From Macrostomum lignano (Eukaryota), in NCBI GenBank assembly GCA_002269645.1, contig NIVC01000529.1, forward strand, positions 1 to 64,000: a DNA stretch of 64,000 bases, in the 5' to 3' direction. The notes below the pieces were generated by a model, which searched no databases, was not told the DNA's origin, and saw nothing but the letters and a program-made list of their open reading frames with translations. The position numbers were made by a program, and so were the translations under genes. Below are positions 12,361-27,039 of this stretch, piece after piece (position 1 is the stretch's first letter; each line of letters opens with the position of its first letter).

Positions 12361-13347
12361 CTTCAATTTTTGAAAGTTTATTTACTAAAACTTGTGAAAT
12401 GCTTAATCAGGAATATAATTATAAATATAGTTTATATAGCAAAAGCATATATATTTATACATATATTTGTATCATATTTTAATATGAGTATATTAATATA
12501 TAAAAGTCTTGATAAAAAATCGTTCAAACGTTTCGTGGCATACAGCAGTGCATTGTGGCTCTGGGTGCAAAATTTTACATATCAATGTGCTCGAACTTGA
12601 AATTGAAAAAAAAAGAAAATTTAAGCACGACTTCAGGTGAACGAGGAGTCAAGTTAATAATTAATATTCTCGAACTACGGGACACAACAGGCTGGGACCT
12701 CCAACTAGCAACCTTCTGGCTGTTGCGGACTTGAAATTCGATTCATCACCAAAGGTTAAAAAAGTTCAAAGAGGACCGAAAATTCTAAAAAAATTGAAAA
12801 GGTTTTTTCCTAAGTTAATTACCAACAAAAAACTAAACAGAAATTCAATAACTTTGTATACACGAGAAAAACACACGCAATCGAAGACACATCGAATCGA
12901 ATTTTGAGCGAATAAAAACTTCGTGATGCAGCATGAACAGTTAAAAATGAAAAACAATAATTAATAAAGCTGCGCGGAAGCCTTCGTTTCTTAGAAAAAA
13001 TTGGTTGAATAGCACACGGAAATAATCAATCATTATAATACATAATTAACTGCCAAGTACTCAGTTAATTTCTTTTATTACCCAAGCTGAGATTCCACAA
13101 CAGGAGCCGGTGTAACCTGGGTTCGAATCCGCGTACGAGGCCAACATTATTATAACGGTTCTTGATTCTCACTAAAAATAACTTGATCCCGTATTGACCA
13201 AGGTAAAAGGCCGGAGTAAGTATAACTGTAATGCTACAGCCTAATGCCTCGTCAGCTAATCAGTTAGTACATTCGTCAACCTTTCGCGGTGTAAAGCCAG
13301 GTCATAACAAACCATTCAGCTGTATTAAAAAAAAACCGCACGCAGGA

Positions 13348-14193
<846 letters not shown>

Positions 14194-14259
14194 CTAGCAA
14201 ATATAAATATACTACTACTAATACTACTGTTACTGCTTATAGTATAAATACTACTACTA

Positions 14260-16640
<2,381 letters not shown>

Positions 16641-16910
16641 CCTGATTTGTGTTTTTTCTGTTTCTCTGTCTGTGTACGTCTCTCTCTACATGTCGTTGTC
16701 TCTCTTATCCAGCTATTTCTTCTATCAAACCTAGATAAACCTAATAATGTATCTAACAAAAATAGAAGCAGGACGTGAAAGAGAGGCCCGACAGAGACAC
16801 GGCAAGCAGAGAAAACACAAACAAACAAAAGAAGAGCAACTCAGTCAGTTATAAGATAAATAAACACACAATAACACAGGAGTCCGCCAATATTCCCAGT
16901 AAAGTCAGAC

Positions 16911-17440
16911 CTGACGCAATAGTAGACACCGGGACTGCTATTAGCATAGCTGGCGTTGCCGCCGCATTCGTATAAATAATGCTGATGATGCTGATTGTGA
17001 TGCTGGGACTGATGCTGATGGGGCTGAGCAAACTGCTGATGTTGCTGATAGTAAAGCTCATAGGGATCACTTAGCTGCTGATGCGCAGGGATCAATGAAT
17101 CAAAGTCGGCAGCAGCAGCAGCTCCAAGTGGCTCAACAAAAAGCTCATCTTGCTGATATGCGGGCGTCATCAGCGGGTCAGCGTACAGCACCGGGTCTGT
17201 CGACGAAGCGGCACCAGCCGCCGAGCTTGAAGTGGCGATGGACTCGGCATCGTATTTAACAACACCTTCGACAGGATGCTGATGCTGAGGAGGATGCTGA
17301 GGCTGATAATAATCTGACCAGTAGTACTCGGGAGCAGGCTGAGGCGGGTAGCAACCAGCTTGACTGTTGCCAAGCACCAGGTCTAGAGGATCCAGACCCA
17401 GAAGCTGCTGATGCTGCTGATACTGCTGTTCCGGATCCAT
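16911..17440 (-). CDS. RBPJ: Probable alternative first coding exon of Su(H), short isoform (Q/H/Y-rich)
   Basis: ATG at 17440 (MDPEQQYQQ), open frame to AG|gtctga, phase 2 matching the acceptor at 16141. TATA box upstream. Confidence 0.6.
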
Positions 17441-17566
17441 ATTTATATATTTATAATGATGATTTCTACCTCGATGGGAATTCTCAGACGGGATTATCGC
17501 ACAGAATTGCTCCCACACAGAAGCTCCAGCGAAAGACTCACACAGAGACTCGAAGCTTGGAGCAGC

Positions 17567-17580
17567 TTATATTTATATAC
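17567..17580 (-). promoter_or_regulatory. TATA-like box upstream of Su(H) internal first exon
   Basis: TATATAAATATAA on the minus strand about 130 nt upstream of the ATG at 17440. Confidence 0.4.
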
Positions 17581-17834
17581 AGGCATGAGAAAGTGGATTG
17601 GACTCAAAAAAACATTATAATGCGTGCCACGTATAAACTTGAGAAGCTGTTATAAAGCATTTATTTATTATTTTATTGCTCAATTTAGCAGTTACAAAAT
17701 TTGTGTTATTTTCTGTTCTGCCCCATCACACGGCCAGCCGCCCGTGACTCCAGCGAGAGCAGAGGGCGGAGACGAGAGCCATAAAGTTCTGCTGCCGCGC
17801 ATGTGGGGACACGGGGAGAGAAAAGGGGAACTGA

Positions 17835-17896
<62 letters not shown>

Positions 17897-18243
17897 CAAG
17901 AAAGCACGTTGGAAGTCAATTAAAGAAATTAAAAGACAGAGAGGATCTCCTATACACCGAAATTGAGCTCATGCATTCACAGTGCTTACACACGTGCTAT
18001 TTAGGGACTTTGGCCTCAAGCCAAATATGGACAGGGCAAGCACGATAGGTCTGAAACACTGTCATTTATAGTAACTAACCGCTTAATAGGGCTCTTTTTC
18101 CAGCCTCTAGCCATTGTTGTCAGCAATTTGACTGATTTATCTTGGCCCTGACTCTCAACTAACTTCATCCTGACTCGCCAGATCAAGCTCAACTTTGATC
18201 TTATCAAATCTATATCTCACCCTAAATCTCAAACAATCTCACC

Positions 18244-18415
18244 CATACATGCGCAACTTTGGGAATCACCCGGCCGTTTCTATTGGCAACATACACATGT
18301 AAGTCGCTATTGGCTGAGAGCAGTCACGTGACTACTATTCCGTCCAATAGCGACTTACATGTGTGTGTTGCCAATAGAAACGGCCGAGTGAATCCCAAGG
18401 TTGCGCCCAAGCATG
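18244..18415 (+). mobile_element. 172-bp palindromic MITE, hAT-like (copy 1)
   Basis: 8-bp TSD ATCTCACC (18236-18243 and 18416-18423), CAT...ATG ends, about 60-bp internal inverted arms. Confidence 0.85.
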
Positions 18416-18424
18416 ATCTCACCC

Positions 18425-18935
18425 CTGACTCGTACACAATCTCACCCTTGATTCTTAAACAATCTCACCCTGAATTAACAATCGCACCCCGAATCTCAAC
18501 CAATCTCACTCTGACTCTTGAACAATCTCACCCTCGAATCTTAACTAATCTCACCCCAGACTCTCAACCAATCTCATCCCTGACTCTCAACCAATCTCAC
18601 CCTCGAATCTCAACCAATCTCACCCCTGACTCTCAACCAATCTCACCCTCGAATCTCAACCAATCTCACCCCTGACTCTCAACCAATCTCACCCAATCTC
18701 ACCCCTGACTCTCAACCAATCTCACCCCTGACTCTCAACCAATCTCACCCCTGACTCTCAACCAATCTCATCCCTGACTCTCAACCAATCTCACCCCTGA
18801 CTCTCAACCAATCTCATCCCTGACTCTCAACCAATCTCATCCCTGACTCTCAACCAATCTCATCCCTGACTCTCAACCAATCTCACCCCTGACTCTCAAC
18901 CAATCTCATCCCTGACTCTCAACCAATCTCACCCT
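18425..18935 (+). repeat. 23-bp minisatellite AATCTCACCCCTGACTCTCAACC
   Basis: Direct reading. Confidence 0.95.
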
Positions 18936-18984
18936 GACTCAAAACCTAATTTCACCCCTGACAGAACCCAATCAATCAACTCAC

Positions 18985-19141
18985 TTGTTAATAGGCTGTA
19001 GAGTGCCGCCGCCGCTGGAGCAATTAGCGGGTGGCAACTGCGATGGAAGCTGGACAGTCGGTGGCGACGACTCGGTTGCATGTCCACCGGCAGTCCGGCG
19101 AGAGCTGACTCCTTCGTCTGATCTTTCGTCAGTGGCCATCG
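18985..19141 (-). CDS. RBPJ: Su(H) long-isoform exon
   Basis: ctcatctctcccgcctgcag|...AA|gtgagt. Open frame MATDERSDEG..LQPIN, phase 1 to phase 2, joins 16141 in frame. Confidence 0.65.
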
Positions 19142-19349
19142 CTGCAGGCGGGAGAGATGAGGCATCAAATTTCAGTTTGACAGATTATTTGTGAGCTACA
19201 ATGTACGCCAACCAGTACAGCTCGATGGTAAGGATAAATAGGAAAAGATTATGCAATGGGCAGTGAGCAGCTGACATGAAAGTTTGTGTACGATAATTTT
19301 AAATTGCAACTTCTCTGCTTATCTGCTTATAAACCTGCGTGTCTGATTT

Positions 19350-19555
19350 AAATGTCTGCCTGTCTGCCTGCCTTTCCGTCTGTCTGCCCGTCTGTCCGCC
19401 AGTCAGCCTTCCTATCTGTCTGTCTGTCTGCCTGTCTGTCTGTCCTGTTTTAGTGTCTGTCTGCCCATCCATCTGTCTGTCTGTCTGCCTGCCTGTCCGT
19501 CTGTCTGCCTGCCTGTCCGTCTGTCTGCCCGTCTGTCCGCCAGTCAGCCTTCCTA

Positions 19556-19606
<51 letters not shown>

Positions 19607-19930
19607 GCCTGCCTGTCTGTCTGCCTGTCCGTCTGTCTGCCCGCCTGTCCGCCAGTCAGCCTTCCTATCTGTCTGGCTGTCTGCCTGTCTGTCTGTCCTG
19701 TTTTAGTGTCTGTCTGCCCATCCATCCGTCTGTCTGTCTGTCTGTCTGCCTGTCTGTCTGTCTGCCTGCCTGTCCGTCTGTCTGCCCGTCTGTCCGCCAG
19801 TCAGCCTTCCTATCTGTCTGTCTGTCTGTCCTGTTTTAGTGTCTGTCTGCCTGTCTGTCTGTCTTAGTGTCTGTCTGTCTGTCCTTCTGTTTTAGTGTCC
19901 GTCTGTCCGTCTGTCTGTCTGTCTGTCTGC
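19350..19930 (+). repeat. (GTCT)n-derived compound repeat
   Basis: Direct reading. Confidence 0.9.
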
Positions 19931-19952
19931 TAGTCTGCAGACAAACATTTAC

Positions 19953-20170
19953 CTCCTACAAAGGATCCGTCTCTAGCATCAAGACGCTGAAGTGAGTCAG
20001 CAGACGACCTGAATTCTTTCAAAAAGCAGCTGCTGCAGTCCCCGTCAGGAGCTCGATGAGTCGGTGTGGAGTCAATCCGTTCTAACAAGGCACTGTCGGC
20101 TTGATAATGACGCTGCTGCTGATGATGATGCAGCAGAAGAGGCTGGGCTAGTTCGCACTGCATCCCAAAT
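19953..20170 (-). CDS. RBPJ: Su(H) long-isoform exon
   Basis: gactcag|A TTT GGG ATG CAG..GGA G|gtaaat. Open frame, phase 2 to phase 1. Confidence 0.55.
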
Positions 20171-20451
20171 CTGAGTCGAAATGCACTTGTAGAGAAGATT
20201 TCTAGTTTTAGACTCGAGAAACTTATTATGTTCGTATCTTAGTGCTCAATTTATCTCTGAATGCTCAATATTGAGTCATATATATATATATATATGTGAC
20301 TCAGAAAGCGATGGGGTGGGGGAGCAGGGGAACCTGCTCCGCTCTGCAGTCTACTAGCTAAGGGGGGAACTGAGCATGAGCACACCCCACACGTTCAAAG
20401 AGGGATGCTGGAGGACTGGAGGAGGAGAGGAGGTTGGGGACTGGGCTCGAG

Positions 20452-20486
<35 letters not shown>

Positions 20487-21282
20487 CCCTTCCCTTCTCC
20501 CTTCTTATTCTTCGCGTGGGAAAATCGGCCCCTAGAAGAACAGGTGACGCACGAAAAAGCAGGGCGCAGCTTTGAGTTAGACAGAACAGGTAAAGCAGCG
20601 CACGTGGCCACCAACCAACTGCCGTCACCCCAGCCACCACTTGACCAAGGAGATCCTTAGAACTTAGACAACTGGAGTGGAAACTCTTCTTGCCCAAAGC
20701 CTCGGCATTTTAAAGACAGTCGTAGGACAGACCTAAATTCCACATAATATAAATTTCACAAGACCTAAATTCCACAAAAACTTAAAATTCACAAATAATA
20801 ATATTTGCAACCCTTAAATTTTAGGCGATACGAAATTAAAGGTCTTATGAAAGCGCCACAAAAAATTGAGTTTATATTTAATTTGATTTCTAAATTCCTA
20901 AGTCATCGGTTTTCTAAGCCAAATTATTATCGAATATTATTTTGTAATGCCATGGTTTAAAGACGGTTAAGAGATTTTAGCTTCTTTAGAGTAACAAAGT
21001 GATACACAACAGTCGGAAATTGTCGGAAACAACCTTTTTAGAAAGGTTTAGTCAATTGTGTAACTCCAGGTTGTTAGTTGACGATGTCCATGATCAAAAC
21101 CCAACATCCTCTTATCATAGCGTCACATGGTGTGGCTTGGCCCCCTGCGCAGCTGGCAAAGTTCCCATCGATTGAGGCATGACCGAATGCTTCTCAATGC
21201 AATTCTCGCTTTAATATGATGTATGCAATGAACTCGCGCTTTTTTGCCGACTTCAATATCGCTTCTTTCTTTTAAGTTTATA

Positions 21283-21346
<64 letters not shown>

Positions 21347-21613
21347 CCTCCCCTCGCATTATAAACTTTATTCGAACTCTAAAAACCCTAAGTCCTTCCT
21401 CATCCAGTTAACAATAAAAATAATAGAATAATTAATACTAACAATAGTGTAGCCAGCCTCACAACACTCTCTCCATTCCGTGGGAAAATAAGCGTGTGAA
21501 ATTCCCAGTCAGTTATTATGTATGTTATGTTAGTTATAATATAAGCTTGATTAAACTGCGTTGCCACGGCAACGGACCCCGGCTCTACGCAGACTTATGC
21601 AGCGGAGACTCAC

Positions 21614-21623
21614 TGGAGATTGT
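21614..21623 (-). CDS. RBPJ: 10-nt microexon in Su(H) long isoform
   Basis: ctcctttttctctcaag|ACAATCTCCA|gtgagt. Gives exactly the phase 1 to 2 conversion needed between the flanking exons. Confidence 0.55.
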
Positions 21624-21649
21624 CTTGAGAGAAAAAGGAGACCCGCTGG

Positions 21650-22555
21650 AGAATTCCCCAGATGGAAAATAGAAGAATTCCCCAGATGGGAAATGGTAGA
21701 ATTCCCCAGATGGAAAATAGTAGAATTCCCCAGATGGTAAATAGAAGAATCCCCCATAATGCGAAATAGAAGAATTCCCCACCCAGATAGGAAACAAAGG
21801 AATTCCCCATAGATGGAAAATAGAATAACCCCCCACAGATGGGAAATAGAAGAATTCCACCAGATGGGAAATAGAAGAATTCCCCACCAGATGGGAAATA
21901 GAAGAATTCCCCACCAGATGGGAAACAGAAGAATTCCCCAGATGGGAAATAGAAGAATTCCACCAGATAGAAAATAGAAGAATTCCCCAGATGGGAAGCA
22001 GAATAATTACCTAGATGGGAAATAGAAGAATTCCCCAGATAGGAAACAGAAGAATTCCCCAGATGGAAAATAGAAGAATTCCCCACCAGATAGGAAACAG
22101 AAGAATTCCCCAGATGGAAAATAGAAGAATTCCCCACCAGATAGGAAACAGAAGAATTCCCCAGATGGAAAATAGAAGAATTCCCCACCAGATAGGAAAT
22201 AGAAGAATTCCCCAGATGGGAAACAGAAGAATTCCCCAGATGGGAAACAGAAGAATTCCCCAGATGGAAAATAGAAGAATTCCCCACCAGATGGGAAAAA
22301 AAGAATTCCTCCAGATGGGAAACAGAAGAATTCCCCAGATGGAAAATAGAAGAATTCCTCCAAATGGGAAACAGAAGAATTCCCCAGATGGAAAATAGAA
22401 GAATTCCCCACCAGATAGGAAATAGAAGAATTCCCCAGATGGGAAATAGAAGAATTCCCCACCAGATGGGAAATAGAAGAATTCCCCACCAGATGGAAAA
22501 TAGAAGAATTCCCCACCAGATAGGAAACAGAAGAATTCCCCAGATGGGAAACAGA
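21650..22555 (+). repeat. 24/28-bp minisatellite GAATTCCCCAGATGGGAAATAGAA
   Basis: Direct reading. Su(H) intron. Confidence 0.95.
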
Positions 22556-22617
22556 TACCGGCTAAAGAACAACATAGTGGAAGCGGACACCCCCTGAAAG
22601 GCATTCGGGAACCTCAC

Positions 22618-23104
22618 CGTTGTCCCGGCCGAATGCGGTTGACCCGCCAGCTGGCCAAGCAGCCCTGGCCGAGGCTGCGCCGCTAAAATCCACCGGCTCA
22701 ACCTTAGAAGCTCGGGTGGCATGCTGGTGCTGCCTTTTCAACGACTGCTGCTGGTGATAAGCGTGTCTGGCACTACTGCTAGTAGTATTAGTAGGCGAGA
22801 CTGAAGCAGCCGCAGCCGCGGCGGCCGCAGCAGCCGCTGCATAGTTCAACTGATAATAACCGGCTGTCGCTGTTGCGGGCATCTCGCCAGTGCCGGGTGG
22901 ATCTCCAGCTGCTGTAGCCGCAGCCGCAGCCGCCGCGGCGGCGGCCCGGGAAGCGGCTGCAGCGGCGGTAGCGGCCGAGAACATGGCTAGAGGAGACAGC
23001 GGATGCTGACTAAACGGCGGCAGTGGGTACTGCTGCTCACTGCCGCCGCCACCGCTGCTGCCAAGGTGATGACTGTACGAATCTAGGGGCGAATTGGTGC
23101 CGAA
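22618..23104 (-). CDS. RBPJ: Su(H) long-isoform exon (poly-Ala, Gln/His-rich)
   Basis: atttcag|TTC GGC ACC..AAC G|gtgagg. Open frame FGTNSPLDSY..AAAA..GRDN. Confidence 0.65.
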
Positions 23105-23229
23105 CTGAAATCATGCGGGGGGGGGGTCGATAGATTGTGTAACAAGTATTAAATAGTTGAGTAGAAAGTAGGCTTGAACTAAGCAAGGCAGGCAGAATTC
23201 TAGACAAATAGGACTTAGGAGTTTAAATT

Positions 23230-23850
23230 TGTTAGATGGGATTTGCCGGATGGGATTTGGGATTTGCTAGATGAGATTTGGGATTTTTTCGGATGGGATT
23301 TAGGATTTGGGAGTTTAGTTTTGTTTGATGGAATTTGGGATTTGTCTGCTGGGATTTAAGCTTTTTATGTTCAGATTTGCCGAATGGGATTTAAGATTTG
23401 GGAGTTTAGCTTTGCCAGATGGGACTTAAGATTTGGGAGTTTAGCTTTGCCAGATGGGATTTAAGATTTGGGAGTTTAGCTTTGCCAGATGGGATTTAAG
23501 ATTTGGGAGTTTAGTTTTGCCAGATGGGATTTAAGATTTGGGAGTTTAGCTTTGCCAGATGGGACTTAAGATTTGGGAGTTTAGTTTTGGCAGATGGGAT
23601 TTAAGATTTGGGAGTTTAGCTTTGCCAGATGGGATTTAAGATTTGGGAGTTTAGCTTTGCCAGATGGGACTTAAGATTTGGGAGTTAAGCTTTGCCAGGT
23701 GGGACTTAAGATTTGGGAGTTTAGCTTTGCCAGAAGGGATTTAAGATTTTGGAGTTTAGTTTTGCCAGATGGGATTTAAGATTTGGGAGTTTAGTTTTGC
23801 CAGGCGGGACTTAAGATTTGGGAGTTTAGATTTGTTCCATGGATTTAGGA
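23230..23850 (+). repeat. 35-bp minisatellite GATGGGATTTAAGATTTGGGAGTTTAGCTTTGCCA
   Basis: Direct reading. Confidence 0.95.
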
Positions 23851-24058
23851 TTTGGAAGTTGATATTTTAAAGAACGGTTTACGATTAAGATCTACATGGG
23901 TAGCAAAATGTTTTTACTACGTATCTAAAATAAATACCCACACAGTGCACCCAATTTTTAAGTAGTAAAATTCAACGTGGGATATTAAGACTTCAGGCGT
24001 CAGGCAATTACCGATGGGATCAAAAGCTTCATGCAGCCTGAATCCCAAAGCGGCTTAC

Positions 24059-24115
24059 CGGAAACAGAAACGGCAAAGCCAGCGGATGCGCGGTGTTGAG
24101 CAAATTAAATGACAT
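24059..24115 (-). CDS. RBPJ: Candidate first coding exon of Su(H) long isoform (MSFNLLNTAHPLALPFLFP)
   Basis: ATG at 24115 and consensus donor CCG|gtaagc, phase 0 matching the acceptor at 23104. Confidence 0.45.
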
Positions 24116-24797
24116 GACTAACGGAAGAACAAACAGACACAAACAAACAAAATACAGCGCGCCCAACAACGGCAGAGAAATTATGACTGAATTTGGATTC
24201 CGACTTTCAGCTGAAGGAAGCCACCCGCTGGGTTTGATGAAGTATTCGAAAAACAACCCCACTGCACGCGATTAGGGGATGGCACAAGGGAAAAGAATCC
24301 TGGCGAATGGGAAGAAGACAACACCTCGCCGCTCGACGGGATAAAAATCTGGGAGATTTTCAAGTCCTGCGCCGGCACAGGTAATTGCAGGAATAGTGGC
24401 CAGGCTGACAAGCCCAGCGGTGAAAAGTAGTATCTAAGGAAATGGGAGAGGGAAGACTTGACGACAACAAGGCAAAGTAGACCCGCAAAGTAAGAAAAAG
24501 AAGAAGAATGAACACCCAGCGGGAGCCCCAGACAGCGGGCGGTGCAGTGTGACATTTTCACAGACATGCGGCCATGCAGGCCAGAAGGAAATTAAAGAAG
24601 CGAGGGCTTCGGCTCCTTGTTTTCTGCTTGCAGCCTGGTCTTTTTTAGGGCCCCCTTGGCCAAGGAGAACTTGAAACAGAACTTGAAAAGAGCGCCAATT
24701 CTGCCTCTGAAATTTATCTTTCAAACACGATGAGGCACTTAGCTTGCAGGCAGGCTACGGGTCGAGACAGTAGTGCCGCAGCTTACTATGTGGCTTA

Positions 24798-25545
24798 GAG
24801 ATGAGACCAAGCGGGATCTCAAGGTCGTTCAGTAAGCCACAAAGAGTCCATTTCAATTATGAGATGAGACCAAGCGGGATCTCAAGGTCGTTCAGTAAGC
24901 CACAAAGAGTCCATTTCAATTATGAGATGAGACCAAGCGGGATCTCAAGGTCGTTCAGTAAGCCACAAAGAGTCCATTTCAATTATGAGATGAGACCAAG
25001 CGGGATCTCAAGGTCGTTCAGTAAGCCACAAAGAGTCCATTTCAATTATGAGATGAGACCAAGCGGGATCTCAAGGTCGTTCAGTAAGCCACAAAGAGCC
25101 CATTTCAATTATGAGATGAGACCAAGCGGAATCTCACGGTCGTTCAGTAAGCCACAAAGAGTCCATTTGAATTATGAGATGAGACCAAGCGGGATCTCAA
25201 GGTCGTTCAGTAAGCCACAAAGAGTCCATTTCAATTATGAGATGAGACCAAGCGGGATCTCAAGGTCGTTCAGTAAGCCACAAAGAGCCCATTACAATTA
25301 TGAGATGAGACCAAGCGGAATCTCACGGTCGTTCAGTAAGCCACAAAGAGTCCATTTCAATTATGAGATGAGACCAAGCGGAATCTCACGGTCGTTCAGT
25401 AAGCCACAAAGAGTCCATTTCAATTATGAGATGAGACCAAGCGGGATCTCAAGATCGTTCAGTAAGCCACAAAGAGTCCATTTCAATTATGAGATGAGAC
25501 CAAGCGGAATCTCACGGTCGTTCAGTAAGCCACAAAGAGTCCATT
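24798..25545 (+). repeat. 63-bp tandem repeat, about 12 near-identical units
   Basis: Direct reading. No spacers. Confidence 0.97.
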
Positions 25546-26224
25546 CGGCTTTCACGTTTTATAAAAATTTTGTTTGAAAACTCGAAGATTTGTGTGTCAT
25601 TCCAGATTTTATTTTAATAGGTCGGTCTCCTTGAGCAGTCGCTGGTGCGCATAAAAAGTCAAGGGAAGGCTAAGGGCGGATGAGGCCGGCCCCATCAGGC
25701 CCAGAAACAATGAGTAATGACGAAGTTGATAGCCAGTGAAAGCGAGCATTGCGATATATATAGGGCAAATTCCACTCCACCGAAAACAGAGCGAGGGAAA
25801 GGAAAATCTTGCCGCCAAAGAAAGAATCTTGGAAGATTCCCATCAGCCCCGAGGCCAACAGGACCACAGCATCCCCCCCAGCCCCCCTATTAGCAAAGTG
25901 GGCAGCAAGCACGCATGGATGCAAACAGAATAGAGTGGCTTACGGGTGGAACTGGGGTGCAAATTGGGGCCCGTGCTGTGAGGCCGAAATTCTTTAAGAA
26001 AGTAAATTGAAAACCACCGCGCGTGGACCGACCGACCGTGGAGTATTAAAAATATATTATATAGATTGGATTGCAAAAGGCTGAACTGTGGATTGCAGTC
26101 ATTATTATTTACTTACTCATCAAGGCCAAGGGGGCTTGGGTATTGGCCCTAATGGCACAACCCCCCCCCCACCAACCTTGGCCAAATTGCACACGCTTTA
26201 CCATTAAATAATAGTTATAACAAT

Positions 26225-26412
26225 TGATTACACCTGTCCCAATGGCCGGATGTGCAACCGACATCTCAGCCGGCTTTTGCGCGGCGCATCTGAAGGACTG
26301 CGTACGGCTGCTCAGTCCAAGGACTGCAGAGTGCAGAGACTAGAATCGAACCCCTGACCTTGAGTCATAAGTCATAAGTCATAAGTCCGACGCTCTGACC
26401 ACTAGGCTACTA
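26225..26412 (-). mobile_element. tRNA-derived SINE
   Basis: Minus strand reads TAGCCTAGTGG (A box)..GGTTCGATTC (B box) then a non-tRNA body. No acceptor-stem 3' half. 3' end approximate. Confidence 0.6.
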
Positions 26413-27039
26413 ACCCACTAAGCTACGGCCCCTTTCTTTACAATTAAAAAATGAAAGCACCAAATAAATCGAGTTTAGTTTCCCAACTCCAGAGTTTTAG
26501 AATTGGGACTCCGTGTTGATTCTGCAGAGGAAACAGGAGGCGGTCACCGTCGAGGCTGCGCCGAGGGTCTTCTGTCATCGTCGTTAATTTTTTGAAGCAA
26601 GAAACGAAAGCCAGACCTCCGAAGGCTTTACCCTGATAGGGAGATATATGAGGATCCCCCGTCCCAACAACAATTTCCCAAATCCCTAAAAAGGGAGTGT
26701 CGAAATGGCGGGTGAGGTTGTAATCCGGTCGCCACCAGAGTGCCGCCATTGGGTCATTTATCACCGCGGTCGCTGGATAGCCAACCCCATCCGCCTCCAC
26801 CCCTTCCCGAGCTGCCTTATGGACTACTAAAACTAGCTACCTGGAGGCCATTGGAATTTTTGCCTCGGTCGGTGACTTTACAATAAGTCTGAGTGACCTT
26901 TAAACAGAAAAAACGGAATGAAAGCAGAAACTTGAATACCATATTTTTCTTGTCTACTATTTGCAAAGTCATATTTGATTTTTTGTTTTAAAAACAAAAT
27001 TTAATTTGATCTTCATATACCCACGAAACTTCAGTTACT

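Noticed and set aside
13085-13148. tRNA gene (GGTTCGAATCC B box)
   Set aside because: No A box or cloverleaf 5' half could be built. At most a tRNA/SINE fragment.
24798-25545. CRISPR-like regular array
   Set aside because: Units are head-to-tail with no unique spacers, there are no cas genes, and the context is eukaryotic. The same applies to all other arrays.
26444-26800. 118-aa ORF possibly from a retroelement
   Set aside because: No RT, RNase H, integrase or recombinase motif recognised.
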